64,000 nt of DNA from the NCBI GenBank assembly GCA_963767925.1, contig CAVYGB010000010.1, positions 160,001 through 224,000 of the forward strand, in the 5' to 3' direction. Position 1 is the first letter of the stretch. Each line of letters begins with the position of its first letter. The notes beneath the pieces are model-generated. The model ran no database searches and was not told the DNA's origin. It worked only from the letters and a program-made list of their open reading frames with translations. This DNA is from an uncultured delta proteobacterium. GTDB taxonomy: Bacteria > Myxococcota_A > Polyangia > Fen-1088. Of this stretch, positions 43,496 through 53,171 are shown piece after piece. The translations under genes and the position numbers were made by a program.

Positions 43496-44746
43496 ATGCG
43501 ACCCGAGGGACGAGGCTGGGCCCACCTCCTACCTGGAGGGGTCCTTTTCGCGGCGTGTTTCGCCGTCCTGCTCGCCACGGCTGGGTGTGGGCAGGAGGAG
43601 GCGACGGGGTGTCGGGCCGAACCGATCGTGTTGACCCGGACGGCGCTGACCGCCCTGCCGGATGTCCAGCTCCACCGCGCGGGCGACGGCTTCCTCCTCG
43701 TCGGGAGCGAACGGGAGGGCCGCCTGGTCCGGGTGGCCCGCCTGTCGGCGGCCGGCCGGCTCGGCCAGGAGATCGATCTGGTCCTCGCCCCCCCGCTGCT
43801 GGGCCCCTACTTCGCGCCGGTGGCGCGGAACACGCCCGGCGATCAGCTCCTCGTCGTCCACGGCGTGGCCCACCCGGCGGACGCGGGCAAGATCGCCCTG
43901 CGGGTACGGGCCATCGATGTCCCGCCCGCCGACCCGCTCGCCGCGATCGAGACCCGCCCCTTGCTCGACGGCGAGGGGCGCGAGGCGCTGATCGAGAGGA
44001 CCGAGCGGGCCAGCTTTCAGGCGGCGATGGGCGCCGGCGCGGGCGGCACACGCGCCGCCTTCGCCTGGGGCCTCGGCCGGCAAGATGTAGCCCCCACCGT
44101 TGTGCTGCTCGCCGCCGACGGCGTGGGTCAGCCGGTGCCGGGCGCGGTGGCGCCCCCCGACACCCCCTGGGACTGCCTCGCCGTGACCGCCGGCCGGGCC
44201 GACTTCGGCGTCAGCTTGATCGGCCGCCCCGCCGACCCGGGCCGGCGGCCGGTGTGGCACTTTCACGACTTGCGCGAGGACAGCAGCACCGCCTCCACCC
44301 TCGACGTCCAGATCGCGACCCGCGAGATGGGCTGCCCGGTGGTCGCCCCCACCAGCAAGGGGTACACGCTCGCCTGGCAGAACCGCGACGGCACCTACTT
44401 CAGCAGCATCGACACGACCCGCGAGGAAACCCTCCTCGTCTCCGACATCGTCAAAGCCGCGGTGCGCTTCGGCGGCCCCGATCGGCAGCCTCCCCTCGGC
44501 TGCATCGCCCCGATGGACCGGATGTTCGCCATCGTCTACGACGCGCCCGGCGGCCCGCTCGCCGACCGCTTCGACATCTTCGGCAACCCCCGGGGAGCCT
44601 CTCTGCGCCTTCCCGCGCGCCGCCGCGGCGACCGTCTGTCGGCCCTCCCCGGCATTGACGCGGTATTCACGACCTACCTGGACGACCCACCGGAAACGGC
44701 GCTAGACGCACGCTACTTCGTGCGCATCGTTTGCCCACCGCTATAG
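43496..44746 (+). CDS. Hypothetical lipoprotein
   Basis: Lipobox-like 'LATAGC', GC3-biased ORF, no recognised catalytic motif. Confidence 0.65.
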   Translation: MRPEGRGWAHLLPGGVLFAACFAVLLATAGCGQEEATGCRAEPIVLTRTALTALPDVQLHRAGDGFLLVGSEREGRLVRVARLSAAGRLGQEIDLVLAPPLLGPYFAPVARNTPGDQLLVVHGVAHPADAGKIALRVRAIDVPPADPLAAIETRPLLDGEGREALIERTERASFQAAMGAGAGGTRAAFAWGLGRQDVAPTVVLLAADGVGQPVPGAVAPPDTPWDCLAVTAGRADFGVSLIGRPADPGRRPVWHFHDLREDSSTASTLDVQIATREMGCPVVAPTSKGYTLAWQNRDGTYFSSIDTTREETLLVSDIVKAAVRFGGPDRQPPLGCIAPMDRMFAIVYDAPGGPLADRFDIFGNPRGASLRLPARRRGDRLSALPGIDAVFTTYLDDPPETALDARYFVRIVCPPL

Positions 44747-44793
44747 TCGAGCCAAGCGTCGAAGCTCCCGCCGCCGGCGGCCTGGAAAGGCGA

Positions 44794-44819
44794 GGAATAG
44801 ATTCGACTTACGCGTGGTT
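44794..44819 (+). promoter_or_regulatory. ECF (SigR/SigH-type) promoter GGAAT-N18-GTT
   Basis: GGAAT at 44794-44798 and GTT at 44817-44819, 17 nt before the sigma-factor ATG. Confidence 0.7.
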
Positions 44820-44836
44820 TCAAAGACGAGAGCCAG

Positions 44837-45493
44837 ATGTCGATTTTCCAGCGTCGTGCGTCGAGATCGGACTTCGAACGGGAGGCGATGCCTCACCTCG
44901 GGGCGCTCTACGGGGCGGCCTTGCGGCTGTCCCGGGACGACGCCGAGGCCGAGGATCTGGTGCAGGAGACGATGCTCCGCGCCTACCGCTTCTTCGACAC
45001 CTTCGAGGCCGGCACCAACTGCAAGGCCTGGCTCTTCCGCATCCTCACCAACGTCTTTCGCAACCGCTACCGGGAGCGCGAGCGGGAGCAGGAGATCCTC
45101 GACGCCGCCGAGTCGTCGGAGGCCAACCTAGGCCAGTTCGTGTCGACCGGCCCCCGCGACACGGAGACCGCCCTGCTCGGCCGCATGGTCTCGGGCGACG
45201 TCGAACGGGCCCTCACCCAGGTGCCGGCCGAGTTCCGCCTGGCCGTGGTCCTCGCCGACCTGGAAGACTTCTCCTACAAGGAGATCGCCGAGATCATGGA
45301 CTGCCCCGCCGGCACCGTCATGAGCCGGCTCTACCGGGGCCGCAAGATCCTGCAAAAGCTCCTCTATGGCTACGCCATCGAGCAGGGGATCGTGAAGCCA
45401 GGGACCCTGCCTGCCGCGGAGGCGAGCGCCGACCCGGATGCCCCGGTCGACCTCGACAGCTTCCGCCGGCGCAAAGCGGCCTCGGAGAGCTGA
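44837..45493 (+). CDS. ECF sigma factor, SigH/SigR-like
   Basis: 'FEREAMPHL..LY..ALRL', 'AEDLVQETMLRAY', 'GTNCKAWLFRILTN', 'SYKEIAEIMDCPAGTVMSRLYRGR'. Confidence 0.95.
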   Translation: MSIFQRRASRSDFEREAMPHLGALYGAALRLSRDDAEAEDLVQETMLRAYRFFDTFEAGTNCKAWLFRILTNVFRNRYREREREQEILDAAESSEANLGQFVSTGPRDTETALLGRMVSGDVERALTQVPAEFRLAVVLADLEDFSYKEIAEIMDCPAGTVMSRLYRGRKILQKLLYGYAIEQGIVKPGTLPAAEASADPDAPVDLDSFRRRKAASES

Positions 45494-45494
45494 C

Positions 45495-46259
45495 ATGAGG
45501 TGCGGCGAAGCCAACGCTTTCATCCATGCTTACGTGGACGGGGAGCTGGCGGGGGTGGACCGGGACTCCTACGAGCAACATCTCCTGGAGTGCGACGGCT
45601 GCTCCCGCACCTGCCGGCTGCAGGCCCGCTTCAAGGCCGCCGTGCGCGGCCACCTGCACCGCCGCGAGGTGCCGGAGGGGCTGAGACGAAGGATCGAGCA
45701 AGCCATCGCCTTCGCCCCCCCGCCTCCCCGCCGCTGGCGCTGGCAGGTCTATCCCAAGCTCGCCCCCGCCGTGCTGATGCTGGGCGCGACCGCCGCCGTG
45801 GTGATGACCACCCGGGCCGGTCCCTCGATCGCCATGCAGCAGGGGATGCGGACCTTCAGCGCGGCGATGCCCATGGACGTGGTCAACTCGAGCTGCGCGG
45901 CGCTGGCCGACTGGTTCCGGGGCCGGGTCGGCTTCCCGGTCAAACCGCCCCCGGAGGGGGCGGGCGCGCGCTGCGAGGGTGGCCGCCTGCTGACGGTGGG
46001 CGACCGGCTGGCCGCCTACTTCAACGTCCGGGCCCTGTCGGGGCACAAGCTCGCCGTCATGGTGTTCGACGGCAACGACGACGAGATCGATGCGCCGGTG
46101 CGGAAGGTGGTCAGGGGTATGGAGATTCGGCTCATCACCCAGCGTGGCGCCTCGAGCGCCGCTTTCAGGGGGTGGGACGGATTGAACTACGTGGTGATCG
46201 GCGACCTCGACGCCGACTCTCTCACCAACTTCCTGACCGCCGCCTATAAGACCTATTGA
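45495..46259 (+). CDS. Zinc-binding (zf-HC2/ZAS) transmembrane anti-sigma factor
   Basis: 'MRC...YVDGEL...HLLECDGC', one TM helix, extracytoplasmic 'WFRGRVGFPV...GGRL' domain; starts 1 nt after the sigma stop. Confidence 0.9.
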   Translation: MRCGEANAFIHAYVDGELAGVDRDSYEQHLLECDGCSRTCRLQARFKAAVRGHLHRREVPEGLRRRIEQAIAFAPPPPRRWRWQVYPKLAPAVLMLGATAAVVMTTRAGPSIAMQQGMRTFSAAMPMDVVNSSCAALADWFRGRVGFPVKPPPEGAGARCEGGRLLTVGDRLAAYFNVRALSGHKLAVMVFDGNDDEIDAPVRKVVRGMEIRLITQRGASSAAFRGWDGLNYVVIGDLDADSLTNFLTAAYKTY

Positions 46260-46351
46260 GACCTGCCTGGGGGACCGGGGCGGAGCCGAGGCGGGAGGGT
46301 GTTAAACCGTGCGTTTTTGTGGCCCCTTCCGTAGTACATTTTTGATGTCCT

Positions 46352-48583
46352 ATGGCCAGTCGCACTCTGCTATGCGTGGAGCCCGATGAACGGGCCGTGG
46401 CCCAGATCCGCGGGGCTCTGGCGCCTTTTGGCATCGCCGTCGAGAACATCCCCAACGGGGAGGCGGCGGTCGAATGGGCCCGCGCCAACGGCCCCCTGCT
46501 GATCGTCGTCTCGGTCGAGCCGCGCAAGGTCGGATACGCCGTCTGCAACAAGCTGAAGCGCTCCTCCGACCTGCAGCACATCCCGCTCATCCTCACCTCG
46601 TCCGAGGAGACGCCCCAGACCTTCGAGCAGCACAAGAAGCTCAAGTCGAGGGCTGACGACTACCTGCTCAAGCCCTACGGCGACGACGACTTCGTCAGCA
46701 AGGTGGGCGGCCTCGTCGAGCTGCGGGCGCCCAGCCTGCACCGGCCGGGCAACGGGGCCAACCCCGACCACGCCCTGCTGGGGGCCGACGTGTCGGAGGA
46801 GCTGGCGGTCGCCGACAGCGACATCGTCCACGAGGACGAGGACGGCGGCCTGCATCGCCCGGCTTCGAGCCTTTTCGGCGGGCAGCGGGGTGGGCTCGAC
46901 GCTGCCTTCGAGCGGGAGACCGACGCCGCCTTCGCCGCCTTGCAATCAACGGGAGAGACCGCCCCTCTGGGGCCGGTCCGGGAGGTCGGAGCGTCGATGT
47001 GGGAGGAAGAGAAGACCCGGGCCACCAACGTCCTCGAGTCGGAGCTGCCGGAGGTGGAGGTGGAGGATACCGGGGGACCTTTCCTCGCCGGCCTCTTCCC
47101 CAGCCCTGAGTCGGCGACCCCCCCGCCCATGCCCGATGAGGTGAACCTCACGCCCGACCCGTCGATCGACGCCCGGATGAGCGAGCTGCAGGCCCGGGTG
47201 GAGACCCTCGAGAACGAGCGCCAGGGTCTGTTCGAGCAGCTCCAGGCGGCGCGACGCCTCAGCGAAAACACCCCCAGCCAGCCGCTCTCCAAGGATCGGG
47301 AGTACCTCTCGCTGCGGGAGATCATCAACCGCAAGGAGAAGGATCTCCTCGACCTGCGCGACGCCCTCGACGCCAAGGATCGGCAGATCCTGGACCAGAA
47401 GGATCGCTTTCGCGAGCAGGACCGGGCCCGGCGCGACCTCGAGGAGAAGATGCTCGAGGTCGAGCGCAACCTCGTGGCGGTCGAGGAGCGGTCCACCGCC
47501 CTGGCCCACGACAAGGAAAAGGCCATCGAGCGCGAGCGGACGCTCAAGGCTCGGCTCGACGAGCAGCAGCTCGAGCTGGCCGCCGCTCACGAGGAGAACG
47601 ACATCCTCGACAAGCGACTGGCCCAGACCGAGGGGTCCCGGGGCGACCTGGAGAGCCGCCTCACCGCCCTCGAGGAGCGCCACGCCGCCGAGCTGGCCCG
47701 CCTGCGCGAGGAGCGGACCCACGCCGAGAGCGAGCTGAAGAACGAGCTCGACGCCCAGCAGAAGCGATCGGCCGAGGAGATCAACGCCCTCTCCGACCAG
47801 TTGCTGGCCGAGCTCGATCGCCTGCGCAAGGAGCACGAGCAGGTCCTCGCCGCCACCCGGGACGACCAGACCGCCCTGCTCGAGCGCGAGCGCCAGACCC
47901 AGGCCGAGGCCCTGCAGACAAAGGACAAGGCCCACGCCGCCGAGCTGGAGTCCCTGCGCCACCGGCTCGAGGAGGAGCGCAACGAGGGCGACCAGCGCCG
48001 CCAGCGCGAGCTGGGCGAGGGCGAGACCCGCCGCCTCGTCGACCTCGAGGCGGCCGAACACCGCCGCCTCGACGAGATCCGCCAGCAGAAGGAAGACTAC
48101 GAGGCCAAGCTGAGCGCCCTCGAGCGGCTGCACCTGCACGAGAAGGGTGAGCTGACCGATCGCCACCGCGAGGAGCTGGAGCAGGGCGCCGGCCGATCGG
48201 TCCGGGCGGAGAACGAGCTGGAGAGCCGCACCGTCGAGCTGTCCGACCTCCGGTCCCGCTGGGACTCGCTGGAGAGCGACCGCGACCGGCAGGCCGCCGA
48301 GCTGGCCGAGCGCGAGTCGCGGCTGAGCCAGCTCCGGGACAAGGCGGCCGATCTGGAGGCCAAGGCGGCCGAATACGAGGACCAGATCCTGCGTGCCTAT
48401 CAGAAGCTCCGCTCGGACGACAAGCTGATCGAGCGGGCCAAGCGGGCCCTGGCGATCTCCTTGCAGGTGCTGGACGAGCGGACCGCGGCCCCCGGGTCGG
48501 CGCCGGGACCAACCGCCAGCGCCACGCCCCCCGCCCAGCTCGTGTCGGTGCAGTCCGGAGAAGATCCCGGGGCGGGCGGCTAA
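46352..48583 (+). CDS. frzS: FrzS-like protein: pseudo-receiver domain, acidic linker, long coiled coil
   Basis: Receiver fold without the phospho-Asp ('LIVVSVE'); 'GYAVCNKLK...[18 protein letters not shown]' resembles the M. xanthus FrzS receiver as I recall it; long heptad-repeat region. Confidence 0.7.
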   Translation: MASRTLLCVEPDERAVAQIRGALAPFGIAVENIPNGEAAVEWARANGPLLIVVSVEPRKVGYAVCNKLKRSSDLQHIPLILTSSEETPQTFEQHKKLKSRADDYLLKPYGDDDFVSKVGGLVELRAPSLHRPGNGANPDHALLGADVSEELAVADSDIVHEDEDGGLHRPASSLFGGQRGGLDAAFERETDAAFAALQSTGETAPLGPVREVGASMWEEEKTRATNVLESELPEVEVEDTGGPFLAGLFPSPESATPPPMPDEVNLTPDPSIDARMSELQARVETLENERQGLFEQLQAARRLSENTPSQPLSKDREYLSLREIINRKEKDLLDLRDALDAKDRQILDQKDRFREQDRARRDLEEKMLEVERNLVAVEERSTALAHDKEKAIERERTLKARLDEQQLELAAAHEENDILDKRLAQTEGSRGDLESRLTALEERHAAELARLREERTHAESELKNELDAQQKRSAEEINALSDQLLAELDRLRKEHEQVLAATRDDQTALLERERQTQAEALQTKDKAHAAELESLRHRLEEERNEGDQRRQRELGEGETRRLVDLEAAEHRRLDEIRQQKEDYEAKLSALERLHLHEKGELTDRHREELEQGAGRSVRAENELESRTVELSDLRSRWDSLESDRDRQAAELAERESRLSQLRDKAADLEAKAAEYEDQILRAYQKLRSDDKLIERAKRALAISLQVLDERTAAPGSAPGPTASATPPAQLVSVQSGEDPGAGG

Positions 48584-48624
48584 CCCGGCCCCCGCTCCGC
48601 CGGCAGGCTATTCTCCCCAGCATC

Positions 48625-50292
48625 TTGCACGAGCTCAGCGGCAACCTGACCGGGCTCAAACCGAGCGAGGTCAAGGCACTCGAGAGGATCTACCGCCGGC
48701 GGGTCTCGCCCACCGACGTCGTGTCGGCCGAGCTGGCCGGGTACATGTGTGGGCTGTCCCGGGAGATCGAGCGGCAGGTGGGGCTGCTGGCCAGCCGCCG
48801 GGGCGAGATCGAACACGTCTTCGTGGGCGACGCCTCGCGCATCTTCGTGCCCGAGTTCGGGCGCCTGCGGGCCGGCCGGGGACGTTTCCGCGGCCTGCGC
48901 CTGGTCCACACCCACCTGCGCAACGAAGCGCTGAGCCGGGACGACCTCGTCGACCTGGCCCTGCTGCGGCTCGATCTGATCGCCGCCGTGGGGGTCACCC
49001 GCGACGGCCGGCCGGCCGACCTCCACGTGGCCCACCTGCTGCCGCCCCGGGAGAGCGACAAGGAGCCCTGGGCGGTCCTGCCTCCGGTCCCCTTCGCCCG
49101 CTCCCAGCTCGACGTCGCCGAGATGGTGACCTCGCTCGAGGAGGAGTTCGAGCGGGCGGTCCCCTCGACGGTCGCCACCCGGGGGGCCGAGCGGGCCCTG
49201 CTGGTGGTGGTCGAGACCGGGGGGGCGCGGGCCGCCGGGAGGGCCTCGCTGGCCAGCCGGGTGGCCGAGCTGCGCGAGCTGTGCCGGACGGCCGGCATCG
49301 TCGTGGCGGGGGTTGTCGAGCAGCGGCGCCCGCAGGCCGATCCCAAGTACCTGGTGGGCAAGGGCAAGCTGGAGGACATGCTCGTGCGGGCCATGCAGCT
49401 CGACGCGGGCGTCTTCATCTTCGATCCCGAGCTGACCCCCGGTCAGGCCCACGCCATCGCCGACTTCACCGATCTCAAGGTGCTCGACCGGACGATGTTG
49501 ATCCTCGACATCTTCGCCCAGCGGGCGCGCAGCCGGGACGGCAAGCTGCAGGTGGAGCTGGCCCAGCTCCGCTACCGCCTGCCCCGCCTGCACGAGAAGA
49601 ACACCATGATGAGCCGCCTGGTGGGCGGCATCGGCGGGCGCGGCCCCGGCGAGACCAAGCTGGAGATCAACCGCCGGCGGGCCCGCGAGCGGATCCACCG
49701 GCTCGAGCAGGAGATCGACAGGTTCGGACGGCAGCGGGTCGAGCGCCGGGCCCAGCGCAGCCGGCGGGGCGTCCCCATCGTCGCCATCGTCGGCTACACG
49801 AACGCGGGCAAGTCCACCCTGCTCAACACCCTCACCCGCAGCGAGGTCCTGGCGGAGGACAAGCTGTTCGCCACGCTGGATCCCACAACCCGCCGCCTGC
49901 GCCTGCTACCGCCCTACCGGGAGTCGGACCGCCTGCGCCGGGCCGGGCACGAGCTGGTCATCGCCGACACGGTCGGGTTCATCCGGGACCTGCCCCGGGA
50001 CCTGGCCCGCGCCTTCCGGGCCACCCTCGAGGAGCTCAACGAGGCCGACCTGCTCCTGCACCTGGTGGACGCCGCCGACCCCGACCACGAGCAGCAGATG
50101 GACGCCGTCGAGCGCATCCTGGGGGACCTGGGTCTGGGGGAGACCCGACGGATCCTCGTCCTGAACAAGATCGACCTGCTGCCTCCAGACGACCGGGCGC
50201 GGCTCCTGGAAGACCCCCGGGTGGTCGCCATCTCGGCCCAGGACGCGGCCACCACCGCCCCCTTGCTCGACGCCGTGCAGTCGGCGCTGTAG
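48625..50292 (+). CDS. hflX: GTPase HflX (long form with N-terminal extension)
   Basis: '[10 protein letters not shown]', '[10 protein letters not shown]', 'GPGETKLE', G1 'GYTNAGKST', 'LFATLDPT', G3 'DTVGF', G4 'NKID'. Confidence 0.97.
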   Translation: MHELSGNLTGLKPSEVKALERIYRRRVSPTDVVSAELAGYMCGLSREIERQVGLLASRRGEIEHVFVGDASRIFVPEFGRLRAGRGRFRGLRLVHTHLRNEALSRDDLVDLALLRLDLIAAVGVTRDGRPADLHVAHLLPPRESDKEPWAVLPPVPFARSQLDVAEMVTSLEEEFERAVPSTVATRGAERALLVVVETGGARAAGRASLASRVAELRELCRTAGIVVAGVVEQRRPQADPKYLVGKGKLEDMLVRAMQLDAGVFIFDPELTPGQAHAIADFTDLKVLDRTMLILDIFAQRARSRDGKLQVELAQLRYRLPRLHEKNTMMSRLVGGIGGRGPGETKLEINRRRARERIHRLEQEIDRFGRQRVERRAQRSRRGVPIVAIVGYTNAGKSTLLNTLTRSEVLAEDKLFATLDPTTRRLRLLPPYRESDRLRRAGHELVIADTVGFIRDLPRDLARAFRATLEELNEADLLLHLVDAADPDHEQQMDAVERILGDLGLGETRRILVLNKIDLLPPDDRARLLEDPRVVAISAQDAATTAPLLDAVQSAL

Positions 50293-50354
50293 AAGACCCT
50301 ATTCGTCGCCGGGTCCCCTCGCCTGGGCTGTCCTTCCGTGATACGTTTCGCCGC

Positions 50355-50483
50355 ATGCCAACCCGAGCGCTGCTCTACGCCGGTTTTCTGACCGTGGCGG
50401 TGGCGGTCCTGCTCGCCTACGGCCGGCTCCAGCGCACCGGGGGCGACGGCTCCGCGGACAGCGCCGTGGCCACGAACCGCTAG
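50355..50483 (+). CDS. Putative 42-aa single-pass membrane protein
   Basis: 'MPTRALLYAGFLTVAVAVLLAYGRLQRTGGDGSADSAVATNR'; fills the intergenic gap, one hydrophobic helix. Confidence 0.45.
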   Translation: MPTRALLYAGFLTVAVAVLLAYGRLQRTGGDGSADSAVATNR

Positions 50484-50493
50484 CGGCTCGCGC

Positions 50494-51369
50494 TCAACGC
50501 AGCGGCTTGGCCCGGACGCGGATCTTTCCGCCTTCGACCGAGACGTCGAGATCGATCCGATCGAGGGCCTGTCCGGCCAGCAGCTTCTCGAGCTTGTCGC
50601 GGAGCTGTTCGGGTGTCGCCCGGGGCGGCGCCCCCACCGCCTTGTGGTGGGCCTCGGAATACTTCTGAAAGAAGGCGGCGAGCTGCTTGTCGCTGAGTCG
50701 GCTGGCGGCGGCCGAGGGCGCCGGCGCTGCCGGGACGGCAGGCCTGGCCGGGGCGGCGGAGGTCGCCGGGGCTGCAGGTGCTGTCGGGGCTCCTGGCGCA
50801 GCGGGCGTGGCCGGCGTGGCCGGAGGGGACCCGGACTGGGCAACGGCCGTGGCCTCCTCGCCGGCGGCCGAGGCGGCGGCGGCCGAGGCGGCGGCGGCCG
50901 AGGCGGCGGCATCGGCGGCGCCCGCGGCCGAGCGGGCGGTGAGCTTGACCTGGCGGCCGACGAAAGCCCGGACCCGGCTGGCGGGGATGCCGAGGGCAAG
51001 CGCCTCCTGCTCGGTGATGTTGCCACCCCGTTCGGCGATGTGGCGGCGGGCGCGGGCCAGATCCCGACGGTAGGTGCCTCCGTCGATCTCCTGTATGGTG
51101 CGGTTCCAGTACGTCGTGTACAGGACCCACCTCTGCAGCAGCGACTGAAAACGGAATCGGAGCGTGGCGTTGTTGATGGGCGCTTGCTGCATCTCCACCA
51201 TCACCCGGTTCAGCTCGCGCCGGGGCACGTTGGGCGGGGCCCGCTCGATCCCCAGGAAAAAAGACTCGTAGAGCGCCCGTAGCCGATCCATCTTGCGCCC
51301 CATCTCCTCCAGCCGCGCGTCGAGCGACTCCCGGTCCTCGCTGGCCCCCCGCGCCACCGCCTTCTTCAC
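50494..51369 (-). CDS. MXAN_5187 C-terminal-domain-like myxobacterial protein
   Basis: 'LRALYESFFLGIERAPP...FRFQSLLQRW..Y..YWNRT..EIDGGTYRRD', Ala/Pro linker, C-terminal 'VSVEGGKIRVRAKP'. Start uncertain. Confidence 0.75.
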   Translation of the reverse strand: MKKAVARGASEDRESLDARLEEMGRKMDRLRALYESFFLGIERAPPNVPRRELNRVMVEMQQAPINNATLRFRFQSLLQRWVLYTTYWNRTIQEIDGGTYRRDLARARRHIAERGGNITEQEALALGIPASRVRAFVGRQVKLTARSAAGAADAAASAAAASAAAASAAGEEATAVAQSGSPPATPATPAAPGAPTAPAAPATSAAPARPAVPAAPAPSAAASRLSDKQLAAFFQKYSEAHHKAVGAPPRATPEQLRDKLEKLLAGQALDRIDLDVSVEGGKIRVRAKPLR

Positions 51370-51387
51370 CCGTCAAGTGTACGTCGG

Positions 51388-52128
51388 ATGAGCCGCGGCC
51401 CCACCTCTCCCGTCCTGCTGGCCCTCGATACCTCCGGATCGACCGCCCGGGTGGCCCTCGTTTCGCCCGGGGGCCAGGTGATGGCCAGCGGCGAGCGCTC
51501 CGGACCCCGACATTCGGCTACCCTGCTCCCGCTGTGTGACCAGCTGCTCTCGCGCAGCGGCCTGGCCGTCTCCGGGCTGGCGGGCATCGCCTGTGGTCAG
51601 GGGCCGGGGAGCTTCACCGGGCTGCGGGTAGGTCTGGCGGTGGCCAAGGGGATGGCCCTGGCCCACGACCTGCCGATCCTGCTCGTCTCGTCGCTGGCCG
51701 CGCTGGCGACCGACCTGGCGCGGGACAGCCAGCCGCCGGCGCCCGGCACGTTGCTGGCCCCCTGCATCGACGCCGGCAAGGGGGAGGTCTACGGACAGCT
51801 CCACCGCCTCGACGGCGCGGGGGGCTGCGTGGCCGAGGGCGAGGAGCTGCGCCTGCTGCCCGCCGCCTACGCCGAGCAGCTCCGCCTGCACGCCGCCGGC
51901 GCCCCCATCCGGCTCGCCGGCACCGGCGCCGACCGCCACGCCGAGGCGTTCCTCGCCGCCCTGGGCGCCGACTCGGTCCTCCTGAACCTCCCGGTCCCCA
52001 GCGCCGCCGCCATCGCCCACCTGGCCCTGCCCCGCCTGGCCCGCGGCGAGCACGACGATCTCGACACCGCCATCCCCTCCTACGGCCGCCCGCCCGACAT
52101 CACGACCCCCAAGCCCCCCAGGGCCTAG
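51388..52128 (+). CDS. tsaB: tRNA threonylcarbamoyladenosine biosynthesis protein TsaB
   Basis: 'LLALDTS', 'HSATLLP', 'GPGSFTGLRVG..VAKG', 'IDAGKGEVY', 'P.Y.R'. Confidence 0.95.
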   Translation: MSRGPTSPVLLALDTSGSTARVALVSPGGQVMASGERSGPRHSATLLPLCDQLLSRSGLAVSGLAGIACGQGPGSFTGLRVGLAVAKGMALAHDLPILLVSSLAALATDLARDSQPPAPGTLLAPCIDAGKGEVYGQLHRLDGAGGCVAEGEELRLLPAAYAEQLRLHAAGAPIRLAGTGADRHAEAFLAALGADSVLLNLPVPSAAAIAHLALPRLARGEHDDLDTAIPSYGRPPDITTPKPPRA

Positions 52129-53027
52129 CTCACGTCCCAGTCGAGGGCGCCGCGCAGGCCTTCCGGGATGGCGATCATGAGGTGCTCCTCGAAGCGCTCG
52201 CGATCGAAGGGGTCGGGGGCGGCGAACACGAAGCTGACCTGGCCCTCGACGAACTTCTTGCGCTCACCGAAGATGCGGCAGCCCGCCTGGAGCAGGATCC
52301 GCCGGTAGGCCTCTGCCGAGGGCACCACCGCGGCGTGGGGTAGGCCCTTGACCAGCAAGCGGGTGAAGGTCTCCCGCTCGAGCACCCACAACATCACCCA
52401 CCCGAAGGCGGTGGCGGTCACCGCGACGACAACCAGCTTGAGGCCGCAGCACACGCCCACCACCGCGGTCAGGATGACGCGCCCGGTGTCCTTGGCCGGA
52501 CCCACGTCGGTGCGAAAGCGCATCAGCCCGCCGATGCCGAAGACCACCAGGGCCATCGCGGGGTTCGCTTCCACGATGCGCGCGATCACCGCCCCCACCA
52601 GGGCGTACATGATGAAGGTCTTTGGTTGCTCGAGCTCGGGGAGGGTCGAGGCCTTCTCCCGCGTGCGAGGGTGGTAGGCGATGACCGCGGCCAGCGCCGC
52701 CGCCAGCATGAACACGATCACCATGTCGAGGACGCGCCAGCCATCGACGAAGGCAGCCCAGGGGATCCACAGGTCGTAAAACCCGAAGGGCCCGCTCTCG
52801 CCCAGCGAGGGGGGGACCTCTCCCGGCGCCAGAATGGCCTGCGTCGGATCGATTGCCAGGGCCAGCGGGGCGCGCAGCGCCGCCGCGAGCAGCAGGGCCG
52901 CCGCCAGCACCCCGCGCCGGTACGCGCGGGTGGCCGATGTAGCCGCCGCCCGCGCCCGACCTGCCGGGCGTACAAGGTAGCCAAAGAGACGAGAGTCTGC
53001 GAGCACCCGCGCCGGTTGCCTGTTCAT
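52125..53027 (-). CDS. DUF4956/MgtC-like membrane protein
   Basis: Several TM helices; 'ALVVFGIGGLMRFRT..G.AKDT...VGVCCG'. Start uncertain. Confidence 0.7.
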   Translation of the reverse strand: MNRQPARVLADSRLFGYLVRPAGRARAAATSATRAYRRGVLAAALLLAAALRAPLALAIDPTQAILAPGEVPPSLGESGPFGFYDLWIPWAAFVDGWRVLDMVIVFMLAAALAAVIAYHPRTREKASTLPELEQPKTFIMYALVGAVIARIVEANPAMALVVFGIGGLMRFRTDVGPAKDTGRVILTAVVGVCCGLKLVVVAVTATAFGWVMLWVLERETFTRLLVKGLPHAAVVPSAEAYRRILLQAGCRIFGERKKFVEGQVSFVFAAPDPFDRERFEEHLMIAIPEGLRGALDWDVS

Positions 53028-53171
53028 CGGCGGCAGGATACCCGTGCCCCTGGGGGCCGCAAGAGCCGCGCGCGCCGCGACCCGCGCAATCGGCCGACAT
53101 GTGACGTCGCGACCGGGGACCTTCACCCGTCTTTTTTTCCGCGGGCAGTAAACGTATGATCGGGCGGTTCA

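Noticed and set aside
50860..50915. GCGGCCGAGGCGGCG repeats as a possible array
   Set aside because: They encode an (AAASA)n low-complexity linker; no spacers, so not CRISPR-like.
51369..51388. Only 18 nt between divergent starts of the MXAN_5187-like gene and tsaB
   Set aside because: Start codons are uncertain (a later ATG exists at about 51303), so the tight spacing may be a calling artefact.
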